The notes under the pieces: model-generated | Told to the model about the DNA's origin: nothing | Seen by the model: the letters and a program-made list of their open reading frames with translations, nothing else | Database searches by the model: none | Shown here: in pieces, positions 18,987 to 27,250 of the stretch | How the letters are laid out: every line of letters starts with the position of its first letter | Numbering within the stretch: the stretch's first letter is position 1 | IMG/VR virus record: IMGVR_UViG_2595698339_000001 | Span: 13,368-77,367 of that record | Origin: a virus | Lineage: Duplodnaviria > Caudoviricetes | Reading direction: 5' to 3' (one strand) | Length of the DNA stretch: 64,000 nucleotides | Made by a program: the position numbers and the translations under genes

Positions 18987-19840
18987 CCACCTACGGAGAA
19001 CTGAAGGCTCTCCGTCTTGGTGTGAAGTACGTTCGCCACACTCTCTTCACGGTGGCGGGGACCTGGGCCGACATGTGGTCCGGGTACCCCGCCGACGTCG
19101 CGCGGCTGGTGGATGAGGACCTCTTCCGCTGGCAGCCTGTGTGGTACCCCGCCTCGTTCGGCCCGGTCGGCAATCCGCTGGGCCGCTCGTACCAGGAGTC
19201 CGTCCAGGACGGCGTGAAGGAGCTGATCAGGCTCATCAACGCCACGCCTGGCACGTTCGCCTTGGTGGGATACTCGCAGGGCGCCGAGGTGGTGTCCCGG
19301 GTCCTCTTGGAAATCCTGTTCGGGTCGCTGCGGCATCGCCTGAAGGACTTCATCGGCGGCGGGTGCTTCGGCAACCCGTACCGCGCGAAGGGTGTCAGCT
19401 ACCCCGGTAGCGGCCTGCCGACCTCGGGACATGGCATCGCCCCCGTCAACCTGGCTCCTGACATTCTCCCCGCGGAGATGTGGGAGGAGTGGTGGAACGA
19501 GGGCGACCTGTACGCACAGAACCTCGACGGGAAGTCTGGCGAGATAATCACCAGCTTCTACGACATCCTCACCAAGCTGCAGTTCCACGACATGCTCGGC
19601 CTGGCCGTGAACATGTTCAAGGCGCTAAGCAACGACAAGGGCATCATCGCGCAGGTGATGCGGGTCCTCGCGGTTCCGCTGCCGGGTGTCATCGACGCCG
19701 GTCGCGCCGCGGTGTACGCCGGGACGTTCGCCGTCCAGGGCACCCGCCCGCACATCACACTGGCTGAGACCGGCCGCGTCGCGCGCGCCGTGTGGCACCT
19801 GAACCGCATCGGCGCCAAGACATTGGCTCGGGCCTCATGA
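18983..19840 (+). CDS. lysB: lysin B (mycolylarabinogalactan esterase, cutinase fold)
   Basis: GYSQGA nucleophile elbow, YPAS, FGNPYR and GDLY motifs. Confidence 0.93.
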   Translation: MTTYGELKALRLGVKYVRHTLFTVAGTWADMWSGYPADVARLVDEDLFRWQPVWYPASFGPVGNPLGRSYQESVQDGVKELIRLINATPGTFALVGYSQGAEVVSRVLLEILFGSLRHRLKDFIGGGCFGNPYRAKGVSYPGSGLPTSGHGIAPVNLAPDILPAEMWEEWWNEGDLYAQNLDGKSGEIITSFYDILTKLQFHDMLGLAVNMFKALSNDKGIIAQVMRVLAVPLPGVIDAGRAAVYAGTFAVQGTRPHITLAETGRVARAVWHLNRIGAKTLARAS

Positions 19841-20253
19841 CCGGCGAGTGGATCACCGTCGTTGCGGGCCAGTGGCCGTGGCTGATCCTGGTGGCCGTCT
19901 TCCTCATGCTCATCCCGCAGGCGGTTAAGGCCATCGAGACCGTCAAGGGTCTGTTGGCGCCGCTCTTCGAGCGCTTCACTCCCGCGGCGAAGCGCAAGGA
20001 CAAGCGCGACGACATTAACGCCAAGGTCGCCGACCTGGAGGCGCAGGTCACCTTCCTCACGGAGCAGGTGGCGAACCTCCGCGCGCGTGACCGCATGTAC
20101 TGGGCCTGGGTGATCTCAGACCAGGAGTGGCACCGCAAGGTCGAACTGGAAGCGGCCGAGCGCGGCTGGGAGCTTCCGCACCATGTCTCATTCGATGAGT
20201 TCTACGACGAGTGGATCATTCAGCACCCCATTCCCCGTCCCTACCAGCTCTAG
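19837..20253 (+). CDS. membrane protein, lysis-associated
   Basis: ATGA overlap with lysB; N-terminal TM helix followed by a coiled coil. Confidence 0.75.
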   Translation: MTGEWITVVAGQWPWLILVAVFLMLIPQAVKAIETVKGLLAPLFERFTPAAKRKDKRDDINAKVADLEAQVTFLTEQVANLRARDRMYWAWVISDQEWHRKVELEAAERGWELPHHVSFDEFYDEWIIQHPIPRPYQL

Positions 20254-20259
20254 GAACAC

Positions 20260-20505
20260 GTGAAGGTAACGATTTACACCAAGCCGGGGTGCAAGCCCTG
20301 CGAAGGCACCAAGAAGATGCTCACCAAGAAGGGCATCGAGTTTGAAGCCGTGGATGTGACTGAGGTCCCGTCCGCGGCCAAGGTTGTCACCGACCTCGGG
20401 TACGCAGGTGTGCCCGTCGTCGTGGTCGACTGCGGAGACGAGGCCAGTTGGACTTGGCACGGGTTCGCCCCGAGTCAGATTGAGAAGCTGGCCAAGCTTC
20501 AGTAA
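20260..20505 (+). CDS. nrdH: NrdH-like glutaredoxin
   Basis: IYTKPGCKPC..TK..L, GYAGVPVVVV, W.GF.P motifs. Confidence 0.9.
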   Translation: MKVTIYTKPGCKPCEGTKKMLTKKGIEFEAVDVTEVPSAAKVVTDLGYAGVPVVVVDCGDEASWTWHGFAPSQIEKLAKLQ

Positions 20506-20577
20506 TTCCCGCCCATCCAGCAGGACACAGATGGACGAACTCCGTCACCCCGGGTAGATGTGCCCGACAAATAAACC

Positions 20578-20661
20578 AGAGCCCCAGAGCTCGCCTCCCG
20601 GCATCAACGGCGTTCCCCCCGAATGATGTGTCAGGTCGTAGGCGAGCCTGGGGCTCTTTTT
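20578..20661 (+). terminator. long hairpin with U-tail (terminator or small RNA)
   Basis: AGAGCCCCAG-A-GCTCGCCT pairs with AGGCGAGC-CTGGGGCTCT, then TTTT; apical loop region GCGTTCCCC. Confidence 0.65.
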
Positions 20662-20666
20662 CGTCA

Positions 20667-21146
20667 CTAGGCGGCGCGAGCCTTGTATCTGACCCTCGCG
20701 TCGGCAGCGCACTGTCGGCATTTCCTCCGGTCGGGTCGACTGGGGTGCGTATAGGTGTTCTCGGGAGTGTATAGGTGCCCGTTTCGGCACTCGTCCCTCT
20801 CTCGCAGTCGCGCAGCCGCGGCGCCGGGGCTCGTTGGCCTGCCGTGCTTGACCTTGTCCGCCTGGTTCGCCTTGGGCGTGTCCCAGCGCAGATTGCTTAG
20901 CCGGTTATCCCCGGGAGTGCCGTTGTTGTGGCACGCCTCCATACCTGGCGGGCACGGCCCGACGAACGTCTCCAGCACCATGCGATGAACGCGCTGCTTG
21001 CGAACTGTCCCATCCGGGTAGTAGATATTGACCCTGCGGTAACCACTCGGGGTCCACATCCGCTTTAACTCTTGACCCTTAAACCCGAAGACTCGTCCGT
21101 CGTCACTGACCTTATACTTCGGATTGGGTGGATATGGCTTTATCAC
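20667..21146 (-). CDS. NUMOD4-type HNH homing endonuclease
   Basis: YKVSDDGRV, VHRMVLETFVG, ACHNNG..DNRLSNLRW..N and C-terminal CRNGH..CRQC; start re-set to GTG 21146. Confidence 0.88.
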   Translation of the reverse strand: MIKPYPPNPKYKVSDDGRVFGFKGQELKRMWTPSGYRRVNIYYPDGTVRKQRVHRMVLETFVGPCPPGMEACHNNGTPGDNRLSNLRWDTPKANQADKVKHGRPTSPGAAAARLRERDECRNGHLYTPENTYTHPSRPDRRKCRQCAADARVRYKARAA

Positions 21147-21168
21147 TTCACCAATGATTGTATCATGC

Positions 21169-21230
21169 GCCCCGCCTGAGACTCCCACAGCGTTCCCCTT
21201 GTGGTTGAGACTCGGCGGGGCCTTCTTTTG
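21169..21230 (+). terminator. hairpin with U-rich tail
   Basis: GCCCCGCC..CCACA-GCGTTCCCCT-TGTGG..GGCGGGGC, then CTTCTTTT. Confidence 0.6.
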
Positions 21231-21331
21231 CGTTTCGGGCCGGTGTAGCTTCACCGCTTAGCTGGAAAACCGGAAGTTCCATCCGGCCTGCGTGTCAATT
21301 CACGCCCTAGCTCATCCCAGCACCCGAAGTC

Positions 21332-21511
21332 TTACGCCGCGGCGGCGTGAGGGTTGTGCGCGCTGCGGAAATCCACCCCCAGACGATCCCGATCAAACTC
21401 TGCACCCTTGGCGCAGGTCGCCATGATGCCATCCCAGATGACGGTGCCGCCGACGATGACCTGCCGTGGCACGAAGCAGCGGTGGTCGCAAAACTTGCAG
21501 TATGGTCCCAT
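21332..21511 (-). CDS. hypothetical Cys-rich protein (59 aa)
   Basis: MGPYCKFCDHRC...; starts 2 nt after the lsr2 stop; translated by hand, below the ORF-track cut-off. Confidence 0.6.
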   Translation of the reverse strand: MGPYCKFCDHRCFVPRQVIVGGTVIWDGIMATCAKGAEFDRDRLGVDFRSAHNPHAAAA

Positions 21512-21513
21512 GC

Positions 21514-21900
21514 CTATCCTGAAAACTCGGGCGCCGCGGTGGCGCGCTTCTTCGGTGTGGACTTCTTCGGCTTGTGCGCCTCGGTGTACGCCTCCTCCAC
21601 CTCGATGGGGATGCGGCCCTTGGGTGACACGTTCCAGCCGTTGTTGTTTGCCCAGTCCCTCATGGCCTGGAGTTGTTCGGGGTCTCGCTTCGGCGCCTTC
21701 GGTGCGGGCTTGGGAATTCCCGCGCGCTTCGGCCGCCGCCCCTTGTCGAAGTAGGGAGCAAGAAGCTCCGCCAACTCCTTGCCATTCTCGGTGGACAAGT
21801 CGATCTCTACGACGTCGTCATTGAGTCGGAGGAAGTGAGTCTTCTCCGCTTCGCTACCGTCAAGATCATCAATGAGTCGATGAATGATCTCGGTTGCCAT
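21514..21900 (-). CDS. lsr2: Lsr2-like nucleoid-associated protein
   Basis: LIDDLDG..EIDLS.EN dimerisation domain and RDWANNNGWNVSPKGRIP DNA-binding domain; GGAGGG RBS. Confidence 0.93.
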   Translation of the reverse strand: MATEIIHRLIDDLDGSEAEKTHFLRLNDDVVEIDLSTENGKELAELLAPYFDKGRRPKRAGIPKPAPKAPKRDPEQLQAMRDWANNNGWNVSPKGRIPIEVEEAYTEAHKPKKSTPKKRATAAPEFSG

Positions 21901-21947
21901 AACCCTCCCTTACCTTATTCGGTAATAGTGAGGCTATCGGAGATTAA

Positions 21948-22145
21948 TCAGATATACCAGAGCCGGTCGCCATGGCTGTCGTACATGTTGCCCCAGTGGG
22001 AGCTCAGCAAGTTGTGGTGACCGCGCATATACCAGACTTGCTCGCCGCGGACGGCAACCACAGTGGCAGGCTCGGTGCGCTCCTGATCCAGGAAGACGTA
22101 GTCGCCAATCTGGGGACCGACTTCTCGGCTGGGTTTCATCGTCAC
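21948..22145 (-). CDS. hypothetical protein
   Basis: ORF in a tightly overlapping leftward operon. Confidence 0.6.
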   Translation of the reverse strand: MTMKPSREVGPQIGDYVFLDQERTEPATVVAVRGEQVWYMRGHHNLLSSHWGNMYDSHGDRLWYI

Positions 22146-22606
22146 GCCTTCAGTTCGTAGTGTTCGGGATTGCGGCAGTCATCACCACACTCGTCGTCGT
22201 TCGCCGACATTGCAGAATGTGGTCGCTCGACTTCTCGGGGCGCCTCGCTCCATCCCGACACCCAGCGGGCCTCGTGAGCGATGTGGGTGAGGGGCGAATC
22301 CATGTCGGGATCGTGGGAATCACCGTCTTTCGAGTAGTTCTCCAAAGCCCAGGCGGCCTCATCCTCGCTGCGTCCAAGCCACCGGTGGCCGGATTCCTCG
22401 ACGGGCACCCACTGCTCTTCGCGGGTGAGTCCTCCGAGGGCTTTATCAACCTCATAAGCCACGTGCGCGGTGTGTACGCCGTCGCCTTCCTCCGACCACC
22501 CGCAGATGCAGTACTCGGCGCGCACCATGTCGAACCCCACGTCTGCGCCGTTGTAGGCGTGCGCATCGATCACCTCGATCATGAGGTTTTGGGCTTCGCT
22601 GCTCAC
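22142..22606 (-). CDS. hypothetical protein
   Basis: GTGA overlap, GGAGG RBS; CICGW..H..H motif. Confidence 0.65.
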   Translation of the reverse strand: MSSEAQNLMIEVIDAHAYNGADVGFDMVRAEYCICGWSEEGDGVHTAHVAYEVDKALGGLTREEQWVPVEESGHRWLGRSEDEAAWALENYSKDGDSHDPDMDSPLTHIAHEARWVSGWSEAPREVERPHSAMSANDDECGDDCRNPEHYELKA

Positions 22607-22968
22607 GCTTCCTCCCCGGTATCCAGCGCGGCGAGGATCTGGTGGGCGATGGCGTTGCAGCCGCACGGTGCGCCGACATGCCGATTCGCCAGTTCCCGTA
22701 TTAGCGTTTCCCGCGCGCGCAAACGCTCAACCTCGGCCACCAGCTCAGGGATGATAGTGCGCGCGGCGGCAATGAACTCAGCCACTGGGAGGTCTTCGCA
22801 GTGAGCCACCCATCCGCCGTTTGGACTGTCCACGTCGTACCACTCATCCGCCGAGTCATAGTGGTGGGCTTCGTGAATAATCGGTTCGCCATCTTCGGAG
22901 TCGATGGTCCACGGACCATCTCCGATACTTTCCAGCGCGGCTTTTGCGCGGGTTACCGGGTCGCTCAT
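22603..22968 (-). CDS. hypothetical protein (Ead/Ea22-like)
   Basis: GPW...AEFIAAAR..IPELVAEVERLR motif. Confidence 0.65.
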   Translation of the reverse strand: MSDPVTRAKAALESIGDGPWTIDSEDGEPIIHEAHHYDSADEWYDVDSPNGGWVAHCEDLPVAEFIAAARTIIPELVAEVERLRARETLIRELANRHVGAPCGCNAIAHQILAALDTGEEA

Positions 22969-23138
22969 CGCTTCCTCTCCCACGGGTGTCCGGTCCAGTC
23001 GATCAGGCTGTTGTAGCCGAGCCCGAACGGGTAGTACCAGCCGTTCTCCATTCGCTTGATGATGAGTTCAAGCTCTTCGCCGGTTCTCACAGCCCGAACC
23101 CGTAGAACCACGGGCTTGCTGAGTTCTGTCTCGTTCAT
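22965..23138 (-). CDS. hypothetical protein
   Basis: MNETELSK...; overlaps both neighbours. Confidence 0.55.
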   Translation of the reverse strand: MNETELSKPVVLRVRAVRTGEELELIIKRMENGWYYPFGLGYNSLIDWTGHPWERKR

Positions 23139-23305
23139 CAGGGCACTACTTTCGCCAGGATTACCAGTGCGTCTGCCAGGCCGCTGGCCCGCCCCCCGCT
23201 GACTAGGCAGTCCTCTTTGTCGCCGCGGGCCGTGGCTGCTTCGCAGAATCGAAGCCACTTCACGCGCTCGGCGTTGATCAGGTCTATTGCATCGCTCAAG
23301 GTCAT
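23138..23305 (-). CDS. hypothetical protein
   Basis: MTLSDAIDLINAER...VVP*, translated by hand, overlaps at both ends. Confidence 0.55.
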   Translation of the reverse strand: MTLSDAIDLINAERVKWLRFCEAATARGDKEDCLVSGGRASGLADALVILAKVVP

Positions 23306-23472
23306 CGGGTCTTCTCGATCTCTCGGCGAACTTCCGAGTCATCCAGTAGGCGACTCCACGCGGCGGCCGTCACCGGAACGCCCTTGCACGAGTGGATGAC
23401 TTCAAAGACCCACTTGCCGCAACGCTGACACTCCTTCCGGCCATCGCCAGGGTCGGTGATGGGGTGGCTCAT
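23302..23472 (-). CDS. hypothetical Zn-binding protein
   Basis: MSHPITDPG..CQRC..HSC. Confidence 0.55.
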   Translation of the reverse strand: MSHPITDPGDGRKECQRCGKWVFEVIHSCKGVPVTAAAWSRLLDDSEVRREIEKTR

Positions 23473-23530
23473 CCCAGCGGCCTCAGAACCAGCCGATCCA
23501 CACGCGCAGCCCTGTCGAATGCGTACTTCA

Positions 23531-23746
23531 TCAGACACGCTCCCCGGTGCTTGGCATGTAGATCGGTCCAGGCTCACGCTCGCCGTAATGTTCGTCGTCC
23601 TCGACGGCGCGCACGTAGATGTCTCCACCCGGGGCCAGAAGAGTGCGAGCCGACAATGGATCGTCCAGCTTCTTGAGCAACGTCTCCAGGTTGCGCCGGG
23701 TCAGTTCCAGGATGGGCTTGCCCGGTTTGTTCTCGATGTACTTCAC
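23531..23746 (-). CDS. hypothetical protein
   Basis: LELTRRNLETLLKKLDDP.S.RTL; GGGGAA RBS. Confidence 0.65.
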   Translation of the reverse strand: MKYIENKPGKPILELTRRNLETLLKKLDDPLSARTLLAPGGDIYVRAVEDDEHYGEREPGPIYMPSTGERV

Positions 23747-23764
23747 AGCTTCATTCCCCTGAAG

Positions 23765-23911
23765 TTAAGTCATCTTCTTGTGCGGATGGATGCCCGCGGC
23801 CTTCTTGGCGGCGACGGTCAATTGCACCGACATCCCGATCCGGGTGTTGTGCTCCTTGGTGCGGAAGTGCTTGCCGCATTGGCAGCCGGGATTGCATGGT
23901 GGCGCGGGCAT
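23765..23911 (-). CDS. hypothetical basic Cys/His protein
   Basis: MPAPPCNPGCQCGKH..., TGATG overlap with the upstream gene. Confidence 0.5.
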   Translation of the reverse strand: MPAPPCNPGCQCGKHFRTKEHNTRIGMSVQLTVAAKKAAGIHPHKKMT

Positions 23912-24306
23912 CAGAGCACCCCCGACTTCTCGATGACACCCTTGATGTGGTGGATGTCCTTGGAGTCCGGGGTCGAGCTGTGGTGATCGGCCACGTACGA
24001 GGCGTACCTGAAGACCCGGGAGAGCACCTTCTCCAGCTCCTCCTCGCGCTCCGACTTCTGCGGGGCCTCGCCAGCGGCCGCGCGTCGCTTCTCCAATTCC
24101 GCCAAGAGTCCACGAACGTGATCGTCGCTCTCCTGTGTGCGCAGCTTCACCACCTCCTGATGGATGGCATCCCACTGGGAGAAGTCCTTGTCGAGGAAGA
24201 GGTTGAGCCTGCTGCCCTGATGGTCGGTGAGGTTGATCACGATGGTGTCGCCATCGAGGCGTTCCACCCTGTCAACCTTCGGGTCGTGGAACATGAGCGT
24301 GGCCAT
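23911..24306 (-). CDS. hypothetical protein, first gene of leftward operon
   Basis: AAGGAA RBS, 131 aa. Confidence 0.7.
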   Translation of the reverse strand: MATLMFHDPKVDRVERLDGDTIVINLTDHQGSRLNLFLDKDFSQWDAIHQEVVKLRTQESDDHVRGLLAELEKRRAAAGEAPQKSEREEELEKVLSRVFRYASYVADHHSSTPDSKDIHHIKGVIEKSGVL

Positions 24307-24534
24307 TTTTTCCTTCTTTCCCCTAGTGCCGTACCCGACTAGGTAACGACTTGTTGTTCGGTAGGGCGCTCAAGGTGAGTTCCGAAACCGAGGAGATTGT
24401 TCGATCAGCGCTGCGCTTGCCGAACGACTCGCCAACGTAGGCCGAGGGCCATCCGGCCTCGGGGCTGACTCGCTCGCTGACGCTCGCAAGTCCGCATAGC
24501 GCTCTCTACGTTCGCACTGATTCTCTACGCGAGG

Positions 24535-24584
24535 ACGCTACAGGCTGAATTCACTTCAGGTCAATTCACTTCACTGAATTCTTA
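24535..24584 (-). promoter_or_regulatory. leftward promoter with operator-like sites
   Basis: Minus strand TTGACC(24564)-N18-TAGCGT(24540); CTTCACTGAATT at 24569-24580. Confidence 0.6.
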
Positions 24585-24592
24585 GAAACTTC

Positions 24593-24895
24593 TCAGGAAT
24601 CGAGGTTGTGGATGGGGCGGCCGAAGACGTCCCGCGGCGGCGCCATAGGCACCGTGTCAGGACCCTCCGGGCTCACGAAAGGCGGTACGTCACTTGACGT
24701 TTCATCCGGCACCGCAGCTTGCAGCTTCGCCACTTCAGCGAAGACCGTGCCGACGAACACCAGGAGGACGAAGATGACCATCACCCACCCCAAAACCGCC
24801 CCAAACGCGGAGAAGAAGAAGCCCAGAAGGGCCGCGAGGAAGAGAGCGAGGAACGACAGGCTGACGATCCCCCACAGGAACTTGACGACAATCAC
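24593..24895 (-). CDS. membrane protein
   Basis: Two TM helices and a Pro-rich tail; start set at GTG 24895 after AAGGGGG. Confidence 0.7.
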   Translation of the reverse strand: MIVVKFLWGIVSLSFLALFLAALLGFFFSAFGAVLGWVMVIFVLLVFVGTVFAEVAKLQAAVPDETSSDVPPFVSPEGPDTVPMAPPRDVFGRPIHNLDS

Positions 24896-25091
24896 GGTAG
24901 CCCCCTTGAGCTGCACGTTTGTGACGGAATCGAGCGGTTAACTACAGGTAGCTATGTGTCAGATAATGCACGGCACACCGCTCGCAAACCATCTGCGAAT
25001 ACATGGCTTAGGACACCGTAAAAGCTGGTCTAATGTTCCATTAACAGGATTGGGGCCTTCTGCCTCGCACCTGCTCTGACCAGCCTCTTTA

Positions 25092-25124
25092 GTTGTCCTG
25101 GTGTCGATAATACACTAGGACAAC
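25092..25124. repeat. 13-bp inverted repeat with 7-bp spacer (candidate recombination core / attP or operator)
   Basis: GTTGTCCTGGTGT-CGATAAT-ACACTAGGACAAC (12/13 match), 21 bp upstream of the recombinase start. Confidence 0.55.
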
Positions 25125-25145
25125 GCTCAGGTGTAGGATAACTTT

Positions 25146-26027
25146 GTGACCGACGATTTGCTGGCAGAGCTCAAGGACTCCTGGCTCATGGAACTGCGGG
25201 CCGCGCGCAAGTCCGCCGAGACCATCCGGGCCTACGGCGGTAGCGTGGAGGGCTACCTGAACTTCTGCGTCGAAGGAGAGCTGGCGCCACTGGAGAAGGC
25301 CAGCCTGCTGGCGTGGGTCAACTCCATGGCCAGCCTGCAACCGGCCACCGTGCATCTGCGACTGACCGCGGTGAAGCAGTTCATGCGCTGGGTGGCCGAC
25401 GAGGAAGGCGTCAACGTCGACGGCCTGCTGGTGGTGCGCCCACCCAAGCTGGACCAGAAGGTGGTCAAGCACCTGTCCGACCGCGCCGTGCAAGCCCTGG
25501 TGGCCACCTGCGCGGGCAACACCTTCCGCGACCGCCGCGACAAGGCGCTCATCGTGCTGTTCACCGAGACCGGCATCCGGGCCGCGGAGATGCTCGCCCT
25601 CGACGTCGAGGACGTCAGCCTGGTCGACTGTCAGCTCACCGTGCGCCGCGGCAAGGGCGCCAAGGGCCGCCGCGTCAAGTACTCCCCGATGTGCGCGGCC
25701 ACCATCGACAAATACCTGCGCGCGCGGCGCCGCGCTGGACACGGCTCCGAGGGGCCGCTGTGGATCGGCCTGGGGGGAAGACTCTCCTACACCGGAATGA
25801 AGTCCTCCCTGAAGCGCAGAGCCGACGATGCGGGGGTGCCAGGCTTCCACCCGCACCGGCTGCGGCACACCTCCGCGGTGCGCTGGCTCAAGGCCGGTGG
25901 CAGCGAGGCGGGACTCATGGCCCAAGCGGGCTGGCAATCCCGGCGTCAGATCGACCGCTACATCAAGAGCGCGGCCGAGGAGCTCGCATCGGACGAATTC
26001 GACCGACTGAATTTGAGCGTGGAGTAG
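25146..26027 (+). CDS. int: tyrosine recombinase/integrase lacking an arm-binding domain
   Basis: TGIRAAE (R), GKG (K), HRLRH (HxxR), AGW (W) and RY (Y) catalytic residues; only 293 aa. Confidence 0.95.
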   Translation: MTDDLLAELKDSWLMELRAARKSAETIRAYGGSVEGYLNFCVEGELAPLEKASLLAWVNSMASLQPATVHLRLTAVKQFMRWVADEEGVNVDGLLVVRPPKLDQKVVKHLSDRAVQALVATCAGNTFRDRRDKALIVLFTETGIRAAEMLALDVEDVSLVDCQLTVRRGKGAKGRRVKYSPMCAATIDKYLRARRRAGHGSEGPLWIGLGGRLSYTGMKSSLKRRADDAGVPGFHPHRLRHTSAVRWLKAGGSEAGLMAQAGWQSRRQIDRYIKSAAEELASDEFDRLNLSVE

Positions 26028-26053
26028 ACACTTCACTGAACTGAAGCTAGGCT
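26025..26053 (+). promoter_or_regulatory. promoter with operator in the spacer
   Basis: TAGACA-CTTCACTGAACTGAAGC-TAGGCT (17-nt spacer filled by the 16-bp operator). Confidence 0.65.
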
Positions 26054-26165
26054 GAAGTCAACCGCAATGGGGGCGAGGCAGCAATTGCCCGCACAAAAAG
26101 ATATGGCCCTTCCGTAGCCACCTCCGGTTCGCCGGGGGTGGCTCTTCATTGCACTGAGGATCAGC

Positions 26166-26405
26166 ATGACCCCCGAAGACCTCGCCCGCCGCGCGACCAT
26201 CGCCTCCCACGCCTCGTGGGGCAAGACCGTGGACCGCACCGCGCGCACCGCGCCCGCGCGCGCCAAGTTCGAGCAGCGCTTCCTCGACCAGGCGGGCGGA
26301 GACCCCCAGCGCGCGGCCAGCCTGCGCAAGGAGTACTTCGCCCGCCTCAACGACAAGTCAATCCGCGCGCGTCGGCGCCGGGTCAACTCACCGGCTCGGC
26401 CTTGA
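26166..26405 (+). CDS. small basic integrase-associated protein (possible directionality factor)
   Basis: GAGGA RBS; Arg-rich, ASHASW..T.DRTART.PAR motif; function inferred from position only. Confidence 0.65.
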   Translation: MTPEDLARRATIASHASWGKTVDRTARTAPARAKFEQRFLDQAGGDPQRAASLRKEYFARLNDKSIRARRRRVNSPARP

Positions 26406-27156
26406 ACCAGCGCCGCTTGGCCTGCCAGGAATACGCAGACGTCAGGGCGAAGCCGATCCCGCAGGCCGACGCCAGCACCCAGATCGACAGGCTGGAGATC
26501 ATGTGTGACTGCACCCCGGGGGTCGCCAGGTCGGTGACCGCCCGGGACAGGCAGGCCGCGGCGCCGCAGATCGAGGCGATGAGATAGACCCGCGCAATCG
26601 ACCGGCTCCTGGGGTCGTGGAGGAGCTTGACGGTTGCGCGGGAGCCATATACGAGCAACCACACCAGCACGACGCACAGCAGTAGCCAGTACAGCCGAAG
26701 CCAGGGGAGCTCAGTAGTGGGGGCGGTGAAGAAATCGGGATAGTTCTCCTCGCCCGCTTGAGACAGGGTGAACACCGCCAGCAAGAGCGGCACCGCCAGC
26801 GTGGCCGGTGTCTCCACCCAGAGTTTGAATGCGCGCTGTTGGACCTCGGCGCCCTTGAGGCGGCCGATGACATTGAACGCCGCGGCCGACGCCGCCACGA
26901 TGTAGCAATCGTGCCCGACGTAGTCCTCGAGGTTGTATTGCCCGGTCAGGGAGTGGAGCCACTCACCGAGCGTCGCCGAGGCAAACGGCGACATGAGAAT
27001 TACAGCTAAGCCTTGAAGGGCGACGTTGATGGTGGCCGCCCTCTCCCAGCTACTCCGCCACGTAAGGCGGCGAATCCACAGGCTCCAGCAGACAGAAGCC
27101 AACGTGGCAATGATGAGACAAGCGACGGTCATGTACGTTCCACCCGGATTAAACAT
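26383..27156 (-). CDS. multi-pass membrane protein downstream of the repressor
   Basis: About 7 hydrophobic helices; same strand as the repressor. Confidence 0.8.
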   Translation of the reverse strand: MFNPGGTYMTVACLIIATLASVCWSLWIRRLTWRSSWERAATINVALQGLAVILMSPFASATLGEWLHSLTGQYNLEDYVGHDCYIVAASAAAFNVIGRLKGAEVQQRAFKLWVETPATLAVPLLLAVFTLSQAGEENYPDFFTAPTTELPWLRLYWLLLCVVLVWLLVYGSRATVKLLHDPRSRSIARVYLIASICGAAACLSRAVTDLATPGVQSHMISSLSIWVLASACGIGFALTSAYSWQAKRRWFKAEPVS

Positions 27157-27250
27157 TGCTGGCGATCCCTCTTATCCCCAGCGCCGAGGAAAATGTACTC
27201 TAAACCGTTTAAGATCGGAAGTAGCTAATTTTCATAGCTAACAACCAAAT

